From Psammoneis japonica (lineage: Eukaryota): a stretch of 64,000 nucleotides of DNA. The first letter of the stretch is position 1. Every line of letters begins with the position of its first letter. This document shows, piece after piece, positions 25,400-37,644 of the stretch. Position numbers and translations under genes: made by a program. Location of the stretch: assembly GCA_008632985.1 (NCBI GenBank), contig QPGO01000209.1, forward strand, positions 1 to 64,000. The letters run 5' to 3'. A model generated the notes under the pieces. That model searched no databases and was not told the origin of the DNA. It was given only the letters and a program-made list of their open reading frames with translations.

Positions 25400-28300
25400 T
25401 CATGTTTCAGCAGAGGTTGAGGTGGAGGCCAAGGGAATTGTCAAAGCAGAGGTTCACAAGGCCAAGGAGGTTGTGGCAACTTCCAAGGTCAAGGACGTGG
25501 TGGCCATGGCAACCAAGGCAATTATGACAACCAAGGTTGTGGCAACTGTCAAGGTCCCCAGAATTCTCAAGGTGGTGGATCCTGCTGTCAAATTCAAAAT
25601 GGCACCCAAGCCAATGGTGACACCCAAGGCTGTGGAAATCTGGCTGGAACAGCTCCTCCAGGTGGCTGGCAAATGGAGTCACACCATTTTGATTGAGGAG
25701 GGCCTTGTGAGACATGAGGTGGAAATGGGTGCAACCAAGGCAGTTGTTTCCCTCAAGGCCAATGCAGTTGGCATGATTGACAAGGGACGGAAGTGCCCAA
25801 GTTAGAGTGTGTTGCTCAATCTTTTTGTGTTTCATGTGATTGTGATGAACATTTGTGTTTTAATGTTGATGAAAGTGTGGGAGATCCAATGGAATCTCAT
25901 GCTGTGAATGAAGAAGAAATGGGTGGCACCTTGGAGTGCGCTGTGCCAACCCCAAAAACCACGACTCCCAAACCATTGAATGTGGTGCCTGCAACGTCAA
26001 TGGCAGCACGCACAATTCAAAATCAAGAGAGCAAGTGAGTGTTGCATGCATTGTCAGATTCAGGAGGCACTGACACACTTGTTCATTCTTGAGTTTTGCC
26101 TGAGGGAGCCAATCCAACCATGAATGACAAGGGATGGCTGAGTTTTCAGACAGTGGCAGGGCATCATAAATCCTCCCGACATGTCATCATGAAGGATTTA
26201 GTGCCACCTGAATTTGACAAGTCCAAACAAGTTGATGGCATCACTGCTCAAGTTTTTGATTCCCCCTGCACAAGCATGGTGTGATTTTGGGCCAAGACTT
26301 TCTTTCCAAGGCTGGCACAGTGCTGGATTTCCAGTTTGGAATCATGAAATGGTTGGATGCTTCAATCCCAATGAAGCAGTCCAGTCATTGGAATCAAGTT
26401 CAAAATTGGTTGGATGTGCTGGACGACCATGAGGAGGACAAAGACAATGAGGACCTCCAAGGTCAAGCTTTTGTGCCAGATGCTAAGTGTGAGAAGGTGT
26501 CAACTGAGAAAGTGGTGCAATCACAGACTCATTTGACTCAAGATCAATGTGATGAGCTTCAGGCCATGCTTGAAAAGCATGAAACCCTTTTGATGGGACC
26601 CTTGGCAAACATCCACATGAAACCATTCATTTGGAAGTTGACCCCAATGCTGTTCCCTTTCACTCTAAAGCCTGTGAAGCATCCAATCAAGATGAGGCCA
26701 TTTTCAAGAAAGAACTGCAACACCTTTGTGACATTGGCACATTAGAACCAGTGGGGCCAACAGAGTGGGTGGCCGGAACCTTCGTAACACCCAAAAAGGA
26801 TCAACAAGTGAGATGGGCACCTGATTTCTGAGAACTGAACAAGGTGCTTAATCAAGTGAAAAGCATGCTCTCTGCCAATCATTCAAGATGTTTTACACTG
26901 ATGATCGGGGTGCAAGTTTTTAACCAAGTTGGACCTCACCATGTTTTGTTGTCATGTCAAGCTTGACAAAGAATCCAAGGACCTGTGTGCTGTTGTCACT
27001 CCATTTGGGAAGTTCCAACATTGTTGACTGGCAATGAGTTTGAAAACTTCTCCCGACATTGCTCAAGCCATCATTGAGAAAGTGGCAAACGGACATGATG
27101 TTGAATCCTGTGTTGATGACATTCCTCAATTTGATGACTCATTTGACACTCACATGTGCCGACTTGATGAGTCATTGTCCAGACTAGAAGAGAACAATCT
27201 CAAGGTCAATCCACTCAGGTGCATCCAAGAGACGGATTTTCTGGGCCATTGGCTCACACCTGCTGGAGTTTGACTGTTGAAAAAGAAAGCTGAAGCAGTT
27301 TTGTGAGTGCATCCTCCTTGGAACATGACTCAGCTGTGGTCTTTCATTGGTGCGGCAACCTGCTGTTGCAATGTGTGGCCTTGTTGCTCTCACACACTTG
27401 CTCCACCACTTGCAAAGTTAACTGGCAAGAGCAAGTTGGAATGGACCCCAGAGTGTCAGAAGGCCTTCAAAGACATGAAAACCTTGATGTTGGATGACAC
27501 CCTTTGGGTCTGCCCTGATCACAACAAATGCTTCTCCATGTTTGTTCCGATTTCTCTGACTGCCAAATGGGCACAGTGATCATGCATGAAGGAAAGCCAG
27601 CAGCGCATTGGTCCTGGAAGCTCAGTGCAGCGCAACAAAATCATTCAACCATTGAGAAAGAACTTCTCACAGTGGCAATGTGTTTCAAAGAATTCCATGC
27701 CATGTTGCTTGGGGCTGATTGTGCTGTTTTTGCTGATCATAAAAATCTCACTTTTTGTGTGCTCAACTCTCAACAAGAGCTCAGGTGGAGACTGTTTTTG
27801 GAGGATTTTGCTCCAACCTTTGAGCATGTTGATGACAAGGACAACCTGTTGGTGGATTGTTTCTCATGATCACCTCATGTGGAACGTCCCACGGAAGGGA
27901 AGTGTGCTCCCAATGAAGGAAAGTTGACAGATTTCAAGGTGATTGACACTGCCACGCCACCTCATGAAGAGGAACTTGACAACACAGATCATGTGTCTTG
28001 TTTTTCCTGTCATCATGAAGAGCCATCTCATTTCTGCTCCTCCTTTGTTGATGATCCCGAGTTGTGTGAATCATTTTTGAACTGTCCCTCACTTGATGAA
28101 ATGCAAAACCCCACAACCATGCAATGGATTCAAGAGCACCAATTTGTCAATGTGGAATTGAGTGACATGAGTGCCAGAAGGCTTTTGAAGACATGAAAAC
28201 TTTGATGATGGATGACACCCTTTGGGTCTGCCTGAATCACAACAAACCCTTCCACATTTGTGTCAACTCCTCCGATTGTCAAATGGGCACAGTGATCATG

Positions 28301-30127
28301 CAAGATGGGGAGCTGGTGGTGCATTGGTCGCAAAAGCTCAGCGCAGTGGAACAAAATTGCTCAACCATCAAGAAGGAACTTCTTGCAGTGGCAATGTGTT
28401 TCAAGGAATTTCGTTCCATGTCACTTGGAGCTGACTGCACTGTTTTCACTGATCATAAAAATCTCACCTTTCGTGTGCTCAATTCTCAACAAGTGCTCAG
28501 GTGGAGGCTCTTCTTGGAGGACTTTGCTCCAACTTTTGAGCATGTTGATGGCAAGGACAACCTGTTGGCAGATTGTTTTTTTGTGATTGCCATGTGTGGA
28601 TCCACCAACAGAAGGGAAGTGCGCTCCGAATGCAGGCAAACTGACAGGTTTCAAGGCAATCATCACTGCCATGCTGCCTCATGAAGAGGAACTTGACAAC
28701 ACAGATCATGTGTCATGTTTTGCTTGCTGTCGGGAAGAACCATCTCAATTCCATTCCTCCTTTGTTGATGATCCTGAGCTGTGTGAATCATTTTTTTGCT
28801 GTCCCTCACTTGATGAAATGCAAAACCCAACAACTGTGCAACGAATTGAGGAGCACCAATTTGTTGATGTGGAGCTGAACAACATGTGACAACAACATCT
28901 GGAATGATTCGTTGTTGAATGTGTGAACCAGTGTCCTGTGTGATTTGTTGTTGTGCTCATCCAATGATCCTCCATCAGAGTGGAAAATTTGCACTCCTGC
29001 TGCTTTGTTGCATGACATGATGCGATGGCATGACAGGACATTGGGGCATGCGGGAGTGCACCAAATGCACTCAACCATTGGCTTGCATTTTTGTCATCCA
29101 GTCCTTTGTCAGACTTGTGAAAAACTTCATTGTGCCAATTGTCAACATTTGAAAACTTTTGGTCCCAGATGTGGAGAGTTGCCTGAACGTGAAGCATCTT
29201 TGCTGCCATGGAATGAAGTTGCGGTCAACCTCATTGGTCCCTGGAAGATCAACATCCAGGGCCAAGAGATTGAGTTCAATGCTTTGACTTGTGTTGACAC
29301 TGTTTCAAATGGTGCTGAGATTGTTCGCATTGACAACAAAACCTCAGCTCACATCGCCCAACAGCTCGAGTTGGTTGTCTCGTCATCCCCAGCTTTGGTG
29401 GATCTCGCTGCCACTCAAGAACATCGACAAGTGATCGTCAACACAAATCTCCACAGAGCAAATGCCAAGCACTGATCTCATGACTTTCAAGTTGGTGGCC
29501 AAGTTCTCATCAAGACTGTTGACCCCATCAAGCTCGCACCTCAAGCACACAGTCCATGCCCCATTGTTCAGGCACGTGCAAATGGCGCCATTGCGGTTCA
29601 ACGGGCACCTCATGTGGTTGAACAACTTGACATTTGGCACATCGCACTGCACCGAGTTTGATGTTGAGGGTTTTTTCCCCAACTCTTAGATTCCCCTTGT
29701 TTCCTCTCATGGAATTTGAGTTGGAATTTTAAAATTTTTTTGAGCCCCGAATGATTCTCACGATTCGAGTCATGGAAGGGAAGAGTTCAGTGTCGCGCAC
29801 CCTGTTTTTCCGACACATGGTGTCAATGATTCCATTGGACACAAAGGAAGCCGTTGTAACGGGCTTCGCTGAAAGCGACCTCGTCACCTCTCACAACTTT
29901 GTCATCACTCAAGTCTTTGCTGCATCTCGTTGGACCTTGCACTTTTACGAAAGTCATCCAGTTTAAAGGGGAAAAACACAATGACTGTTTTCACGTTCAC
30001 TTCTACAGGTTCCTCTACAAACCAAATGACTGTTCTCTGGACCAGGGAGATATTAACGGGAATGTCCGTCTTTGAGGCTGCGTAGCGCGTCTGCGGCAAG
30101 ATTGTTGAAAGCATCACATGCATTACA
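25400..30127 (+). mobile_element. Ty3/Gypsy LTR retrotransposon, decayed; probable 3' LTR from about 29786
   Basis: Gly/Gln-rich gag end; protease DSGGT near 26057; RT (SCVDDI, TDFLGHWLT); RH (TIEKELL, DHKNL); integrase (WHDRTLGHAG...CANCQ, PWNEVAVNLIGPW); purine tract GGAAGGGAAGAG at 29774-29785. The LTR end is uncertain. Confidence 0.85.
27451..28886 (+). repeat. Tandem duplication (about 718 bp) of the Gypsy RNase H region
   Basis: Copies at 27451-28168 and 28169-28886; both encode KTLMxDDTLWVC...DHKNLTF...DDPELCESF. Confidence 0.9.
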
Positions 30128-30518
30128 TACATTTGCACAGGTTGGGCCTGATGTTGCGTCGCCATGCATAAGCGCAGAACTAATAAATGTTTGACATGCC
30201 TTAAGTGTCAAAAAGCGCCTTTAAATAACCTCTTAATTGGCATGAATAGTAGAAGAGCCACGTACGCAGGCACAGAATTCGGTCAACGAGCTCGATTTGG
30301 TACTGTGTGTCTCGTCCACAGCGCACAAAGAGCTCGAAACATACATGGTCATTTTTCTTCTGCAGGGGACAGTTTGCGTTTAAGTCTATACCGGTACAGA
30401 CGACGTTGTGCATTGAAGAAGGCGAAGTCTTACACACATGATGACGCGGAGGAATGCCCAAATTCGAGAAGCCCCCAACTGTGTCACGAAACAAAACTTG
30501 CGAACACACACACGAAGA

Positions 30519-31186
30519 ATGATTAATGAAGCGCTCTCTCAAGATATCATCACGCCCAATGATCTCGATGTGCTTTTCGGGCGAGGTAATGAAAGCACCA
30601 AGCATGTTGGAAACGTGTGTTTACGAACCGTGATTGGCTTGTCTCTACCCGAATATATGAAGCCCTGCCCAAAAAACACCGTTCGTGGAAGAACAAGTTG
30701 CTCAAAGACGTGGTAAGTGTCATTCTCATGTCTGGAGGTAGATTCTTGAAGAAGTACAAAGGTGTTGAGAGTGACTGCTGGGGTGAAGTGGACTTAAAAG
30801 AGGCAAGGTTGAAGGTCGCACAGCAAGTCCGAGACATCAAGAAAGACCCTCACGTTCTGGAACACTCCTCGCTTCTATACTCTCTTCAAGTCGCGTCACA
30901 CTTTGTATCCGCTCATGACTTTGATTGGCCTGCCATGGTGCAAGCATCAACTCATGAACTCAATGAATCTCGCCTGCAGAAGAAGAATAGGGAGGACTGG
31001 ACAACAAGAAGTTTGGTTGCTTCTGATTGCGACTTGAAATCGGAGTCAGAACTCCAAGTCCCACAGTTGCTCACGGATGTGGGCGAAAAAGGATCAGCTG
31101 CAAGTGAAGTTGAGAGTTTCTATTATCTTTGCGCTCCTGCTATCTCAAGGATGTCTTCACTTTCAGAGCATTGCCAGCATTATTAA
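30519..31186 (+). pseudogene. DUF6824-like (diatom family) protein with an apparent 2-nt frameshift near 30655
   Basis: PNDLDVLFGRG...HVGN is in one frame and GGRFLK...W.EV....AR.KVAQ..RD in another. GAATATATGAA suggests an extra AT. Confidence 0.7.
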
Positions 31187-32974
31187 CATGTGCATGTCAT
31201 CGCGCATGATGGATGTGATCCCGGCTATTATCGGATTTGTACTATGACAATAGACGTCTTGGATGTTACACTACGTTAATACATCAAAAAGCTCGTGTAT
31301 AAACGATTAGCATTTGTGCTCATGTGTTTACCTCCGCCTCCTCCCAGCGCACCGCGTAAAAAAGATAGAAGCAGATACGAGTCCTGCTTATCACATGTGC
31401 AACTCATCATTGTCGGAGGGATAAGAATCAATCTTCAAAATTCTGCTTCCTATTGTTAAACACAGTTACTCGTTTTCCCGGAGTTGTGCCCAATGTTGGC
31501 GACCCGCCTTTTGTCTCTCTCCCATTCAGAAATCAATATTTGTAGGCATGTGTATTGGCAAACAACATCAAGGCATATTTGCATGCTTTTCGATACTGCT
31601 CGGGGTCAGTACCATGCCGTGATTCATTTCGTTTTGAATCTCGAATCATGTCTAGGACATCCATTAACAGCATATCTAGTAGGACCAGAAACATCAGTGG
31701 TTCCTCTTTTGGCCCGCTCAATCATGAAGTCTACAACATCGACGAGAGAGACCTCGCCTGCATCTGCCACTAGCACACTAGCTGCTTTCCGTGCTGCCCC
31801 GAGAATAAGTATTACAACATTGGTCTCAGTAAATTCTGCACGTGGGCTGACTGTGTCGGGTCCGATCAATGGGAACAAAATAAAGTCTCGAGCTTTTTCT
31901 GACTTTCGAAAACGAGATATGATATGCCGTTCAAATGCATCTGTCGAGACGACGCCTTTCATTTTCTTTATAAACGTCATTTCTGTGTGCATTGGTCCAT
32001 TGTATATATTGTACGTTTGGAATCCGTTTGGTTTTCCTCATCTCTCTGTTTCAACAAAACAAATGTAGGCGCCCCATCTTGGCCCGCCGCAGGTGTTAGA
32101 GCGTCGTCTGTGCTATGTCGTCACACCTTTTCAGACTCCTCCATAAGCTTATCATAGTATGGCTGTAAAGCCTTCTCCCTCAGATGAAGTCCATACCGAT
32201 GAAGCTGTCGTGTTGTTCTTGTACTGCCTAGATCATGCATCCAAGGCACCTCCAACTTCAGGTTGTTGATGCTGTACAAAGTCCTTTTTCCCCGTGTTGA
32301 CGCGTACCGTAGTCTTGGGATGGATCAGTCAAGTTGGGGTTGTAGTCATCGAGATCAATATCAATTGTATCCTCTTGAACCTCTGACTCCACCCGTTGTT
32401 CTATTTGCGTCCTCAAGTTCAACATTCACAATCTCGGCGTTGTTAATTTCAGCTGGAATCACAGCCCATGGATGCGATGACATCTTTAATTGATGACGTG
32501 TCACATAGCAACTCACGGCATTCGTCCACAGTTGGAAATTCTGACTCCATTTCAAGTATCATTTCAATGTGATCAAATGAGCGACAAGAGAGTACAGCAT
32601 GCTCAGCGGAACTAGGCACGAAGTGTTGGGGTGTATACCGTGAACGAATCAAACGCCCGTCCGACCGAGTTCGCGACAATGGATTGTTCATATCGTAACC
32701 CCTAGCAAGCTTTGGTGAACCTGCTTCAATCGTTTTCCCTTCTCAAGAGCTTTACTGCAATAATAGTAGTTTGCAGATATCCACAGGTTACCTCCGTCAT
32801 GTCCCACCCTTTCAACAATGCAGCATCTACCCGTTTGTGCTTCCTAAGATTGAGATGTGATTCACTCGTAGAAAGACGAATGTTGGATAGCAATCGCTTG
32901 ACTTGCTGCGGGACTTGGTGCATTTCAAGATGGTCGCCTATCACTTGCTGAAGAAGAGTTGGTTGGTGGGCGAA

Positions 32975-33832
32975 TCATGAGCTCTTTGCCGCAAAGAGGG
33001 ACATTCGTTCACCTGTATAGTATGTTCCTTCCTTATTTTCAATGCTGAACTTCCCCGTTGTCAGTACAAAAAGCAGTCGGAATAGCAACGACTCATCTTT
33101 CCGTGCGTACTGGAAAAAATGTTCAGGACTTATTATTGCTGACGGAGGCAGCTCTGAAGGCAAGACGACGGTGGTGTTTGCAGTGCCCGTTATGACAGAT
33201 CCATGTAGCTTGACAAAAATAGCCCGCAAAGCTTCTTCATCTTTTTCTGTGAGTTTGGTGGTTGGTGACGTGGGAAGACGTGAACAAAGTACTTTGTACC
33301 TCGACTGTGGATTTGCTGAATCTGAGTCGTCATGGTAAACCATCGTCAAAATATTTGCAGTCCGCCACACTGTTGTGGGTTGCCAAATTAGCCAATGAAG
33401 GGGGTCAACTGCCAAATCAATAGGCGGGAATATTGCTGGTTCAGAGGCCTTGGCTTCCTTCTGATGACGTCCGCCAATGTATAATCGCTGCGTTGATGTT
33501 ACTCGGTACCTTTTCCTGTACTTGTTCCAGCAACACGGACACTCCAGTGGAGCACATCCTCGCTCACCATGGAGAGTTATGATGCATTCAGAACAAAAAA
33601 ACATGTCCACACGTGTTTTGCCTGTATCATCCTCCGACTCTCCTACTGCTACTCGAAGCATGTACGCTTCATCCATGCCGCTCTTTCTGCATCTCCTGCA
33701 TCGCTCGGCCGTTTTCATCCGTTTTTCCGCTTGGTCGTCCGAAAGATCCGGATTCTTTTGTTTTGGAAATGTTCTGAAGGCAGTGTGGTTTATAACCAAC
33801 GCCGCATGGCACCTTGAGTCAACGGGGAACAA
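32975..33832 (-). CDS. Hypothetical protein with CxxC pairs (zinc-finger-like); coding-like but broken frames continue down to about 31500
   Basis: 285-aa ORF with CRRC, CSEC and CPCC; normal Tyr and TpA content; no family recognised. Confidence 0.4.
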   Translation of the reverse strand: MFPVDSRCHAALVINHTAFRTFPKQKNPDLSDDQAEKRMKTAERCRRCRKSGMDEAYMLRVAVGESEDDTGKTRVDMFFCSECIITLHGERGCAPLECPCCWNKYRKRYRVTSTQRLYIGGRHQKEAKASEPAIFPPIDLAVDPLHWLIWQPTTVWRTANILTMVYHDDSDSANPQSRYKVLCSRLPTSPTTKLTEKDEEALRAIFVKLHGSVITGTANTTVVLPSELPPSAIISPEHFFQYARKDESLLFRLLFVLTTGKFSIENKEGTYYTGERMSLFAAKSS

Positions 33833-34385
33833 GTTGTGACAATTGAGAATGCGGTGTGATTTGTGAGTTGAATTCTAGTGCAAAAATTACGTAGCTTTCT
33901 ACGAGGGAGAAACTCAGTGTTACTGTACAACACCGTTCACCACACTGTACAAGCTTACTGCTTTTCGTACCGACCCCAGTAGCATTCTACGTTACATACC
34001 AGAATTTTTAATTATTTACATAGTCATTAGTATATCATTACGAATTGACAACCACCGATTTTTCGCACGCGACACCACCACGATGACACGTTCCGTCGAA
34101 CGAGTTCGGGCCCACCCGGAATAGTTACCAAGCCATTTGGGTACAGCTGTATCAATGAGGTACTTGCGGATCATATATATCTCATTGGCTTGGTAATTCT
34201 TCGTGGTTGACAAATAAACGACGGCAAAGGATTCACGTGTTGTTTTGTCGTGCTTTGGCGTCAAGAGCCAGGTTAGTCGAGTTAATCCCAGTAGAAAACC
34301 TACGTAGGCCTACTCTGAGCCACAAGCGCGCGTAATAAGCTTGTAGGGCCCTAAAACAAAGAACGACATGTGAGACCACGGCGAC

Positions 34386-37300
34386 TGTCATCCAACAGCA
34401 GTGCATGACTTGGCCGAGTTGCGAAAGGAAGCAACGAGAATCTCATCAGACTGAATCTCATCAGACTTGAATGATGAAATTAAGCATGACAAGAAGCAAC
34501 AGCACACAGGTCTTCGGCACGTGACTGGGTCAGCACTGCACAAGGACAAGGGCCTCCAATGTGAACATGTTGCTTCTTTGATTTTGGCTGGTTTGCAATG
34601 TTCATGAGCTTGGGAACACAAAATGTGCAGCTGTGATCAAATTGAGCCCCAGCTGACCTCCTTGTGAAATCATGTCACCTTCTCTTGTTGCTCCATCATC
34701 ATGAAGCAGTGTTTTGCTGGCGCTGAACCAGTGTCACAAATGTCTGCTCCATCTGTTGCTCACTGCGGCCATCACCTTGTTTTGCAGTGGTGGAGCAAGA
34801 TGATGAAAAACAGATGCAAATGGGGTCAGTCTTTGTGAAGTCAGAGGCAAGCAGTCTCGAAGCTGGCAGAGAGCAACAAACACCAGAGAACAGGCCAGTG
34901 GAGAAAACCAATTTTCTCTGCAGAAAAGCAGTTCCTTGGATTGTGAGAGAGAAGCATGTCAACACCTGGGAGCCATCCAACAATGCCACAAACTTGTTAA
35001 AGTGTGCGCACATGGCCTCATCCAAAATGCAGGAGGTTTGAGCACACCTTCCCTTGCACGGTGCACACAGGTGTTGAGCAGTGGTGCTGCCAGCAAAGAC
35101 AAAAGACACACCAGCCAAGAAGCCAGTGAAGAGCGGCAACCCTTGTTCCACTCAGGTCCAGCTGTGGCTTCAACCATGGCATGTTTAAAGCACTGCACAT
35201 CCCACACAGAAAACTTGCTTTTTGCTGCAAATGCTTTGCGGTGGCTTTGGCGGCAGCCATGACAACAATGCCTTCCAGGAAAGGCTCAACCACTTTTTTG
35301 GTCACCAGCTGAAAGAGAGCACCAACCACCAGCTGGCTGACTTTGCTGCCATTGTGTTTGATGCAAGCCTCCCATTCATTCATGTCTGCTCGGCTCCTGT
35401 GAGCAGATGCCAGTGGCCACACAGCCAGCCATCATGAGGTGTGTTGCTTTCATCAAGTGTCATCACTTTGTTGGAGCTCTTCTTGTTCAAAGTCATTTTG
35501 AAGAGTTTGGTGACCCCCACATCAGCAGCACTGTCCAGTGCCATTCAAAGGTGATGCAGATGACAAAACTGACCAACCATTTAGAGTCAACAAACTGGAG
35601 CAACAGTGCTTGATGCTTTTTGAGATTTGCCAGAGTCGCCCCATCAAAAAGGCCTTGGACAAAAGCATTGTTCCCTTGACTTTGCTTCACCTTTCAAGAA
35701 GAGCAGTTTTCAAGGACATCTGGAATGCCTTGCACCTGGCTTGCATGAATGATGATGCAGCTTGTGTGAACACAGAACTGGGAAGTCTGGGCTGCCTCAA
35801 CTGCACAGCACACCAACAAAATGCTTGCCCACAACAGCGTTCTTGCATGCTTGCTGCTGAGAATGCATGCAGCACCACTTTGCTTGCATTGTCAGTGCTT
35901 TCAAATTGGCAGGCAAGCCAAGTGCTGTCTGCTGCAACCCCAGCACTTTGTTCATTTCCATGGCTGGGGTGTCTCCTTGTTAATTTGCCATTGATTGTCT
36001 GAAGTGATGGAGGAGACTGTTGTCAACAAGCTTGGCCTGTGCATGATGTGCTGCAAAGGCATTGCAATGTTTGGTGCAGTGCATCAAAGCAGCATTGCAG
36101 TGTTGTTTCTTGTTGCACCAGCAACATCAGCACAATGAGAGATGAGTGCTGGTGCAACAAGAGATGATGCAGTGACAAAGAAAGAACTTGCCACCATGGC
36201 TCCCATTTGTGGGCCAATTTTCCACATGTGTTGGAGAGCTTGTGCCACGATGCTTTTCAATGTGAGTCTGGCACAGGGTGGTGCCAACCCAGGTCTTGCC
36301 TTTGCCGGCCTTGCCCAGCTTCACAAACAGCAAAACACACCCTGCAACTCTGCGTGCATGAGCAAAGCCCTTTTCAGCTGCTGGGTGGCCATCTTGCAGG
36401 TGGAAAAAGTGGCTCTGATGCAAAGATTTTTGCAACCTCTTTGCTGCTGCGCTGCATTGAGCTTTGAGCACTGGGCTGGTCTTCTGCTCACTCCTCCATT
36501 GCATGACACTCAGTGCAGCTGCCACCACTCCAACTGCCCCTCTTCTTCTCTCCTTCTTTCCTCTCCTTCCCCCCCATGCTGCAAACAACAACCTTGTGCA
36601 ATGTGCAAGAATGGAGGCAAAGTGACCTCCTCATGAGCACTGGGCTGCAAGAACTGGGTGGCATTTTGTGCACAGTGTCTCTTTTCATGGTGTCTTTGTG
36701 CAGTGTCATGGCATCTTTGACCACATCATCAGTGCATGATGGCACCACGTGCTGCTGCCGCCCTCCAAACAAAGGCATTTTTGTTGTGAGCAGCAGTCTC
36801 TTGCATGCTGGCAAGGTTTTTTTTGGAGCGGAAAAGCTGGAGAGAGTTTGCAGCTTTTGCAGGCAACAATTTTGTCCTCTTGGGCACTGTCCTCAGCAAG
36901 CCAGCATGCAAAGTGCTGTCCCACAAACAGGAGCCAATGATGTTTGTCTCATGGTGTGTGCACTTTGCTTGTTTCTCCTTGATGAGAAAAGGTGCGAAAG
37001 GCAAGGTGAAGGCTGGGTGGGAGAAAAGGGAAAACCGTTGTCTCAACAGATGCCAGTGCGGACAAAATCATTGACCACCCATGCCAGCCAATGTGGCATG
37101 GCTGTGCGTGCAGTGTGTGCATTTAAATCCATCAACATCACTCTCCATTGTGAGTCTGTGCATCAACCATTCTTCATGCGTGCTCGCACGTGCCCAAAGG
37201 TCTCCTCATGGACTCTCACGGAAGTCAGACAGATGGTTTGTCGCGATGCCTCCGGAATCCCCGTTGTTTCTAGATGCGCAAAAAAACTTTTCTACGGAGA
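34386..37300. mobile_element. Unclassified old repeat block, depleted of TpA and CpG
   Basis: Sharp compositional change from the flanks; segment 34598-34685 is homologous to 16144-16230. Confidence 0.45.
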
Positions 37301-37644
37301 ATTCCACACGAAACAAACCAGGAGGGCATGGCACCAAATCGCCCACATGCGACCCTGGTACATCGTCTGTCTTACTTCCGCGAGAGTCTGTGAGGAGACT
37401 TCGGGTAGTGTGCGCAGCGCACACGACAACGGTCGACGCATAGACTCACGATGGAGGTAACATACATCAAGGATTTGATGCGACACTCGCGGATCACTGA
37501 ACAAATGACACCAAAAAAAAGCGAAAAACGAGAACTATTAACCCCGCGGTCGTTCGCACAACACAACATACTTCTTGAAACACACCGCTGCAACATTGTG
37601 TGTGCTAAAGACTTTTTGTGTGCCAAGGACGTACAAGAGACAAA

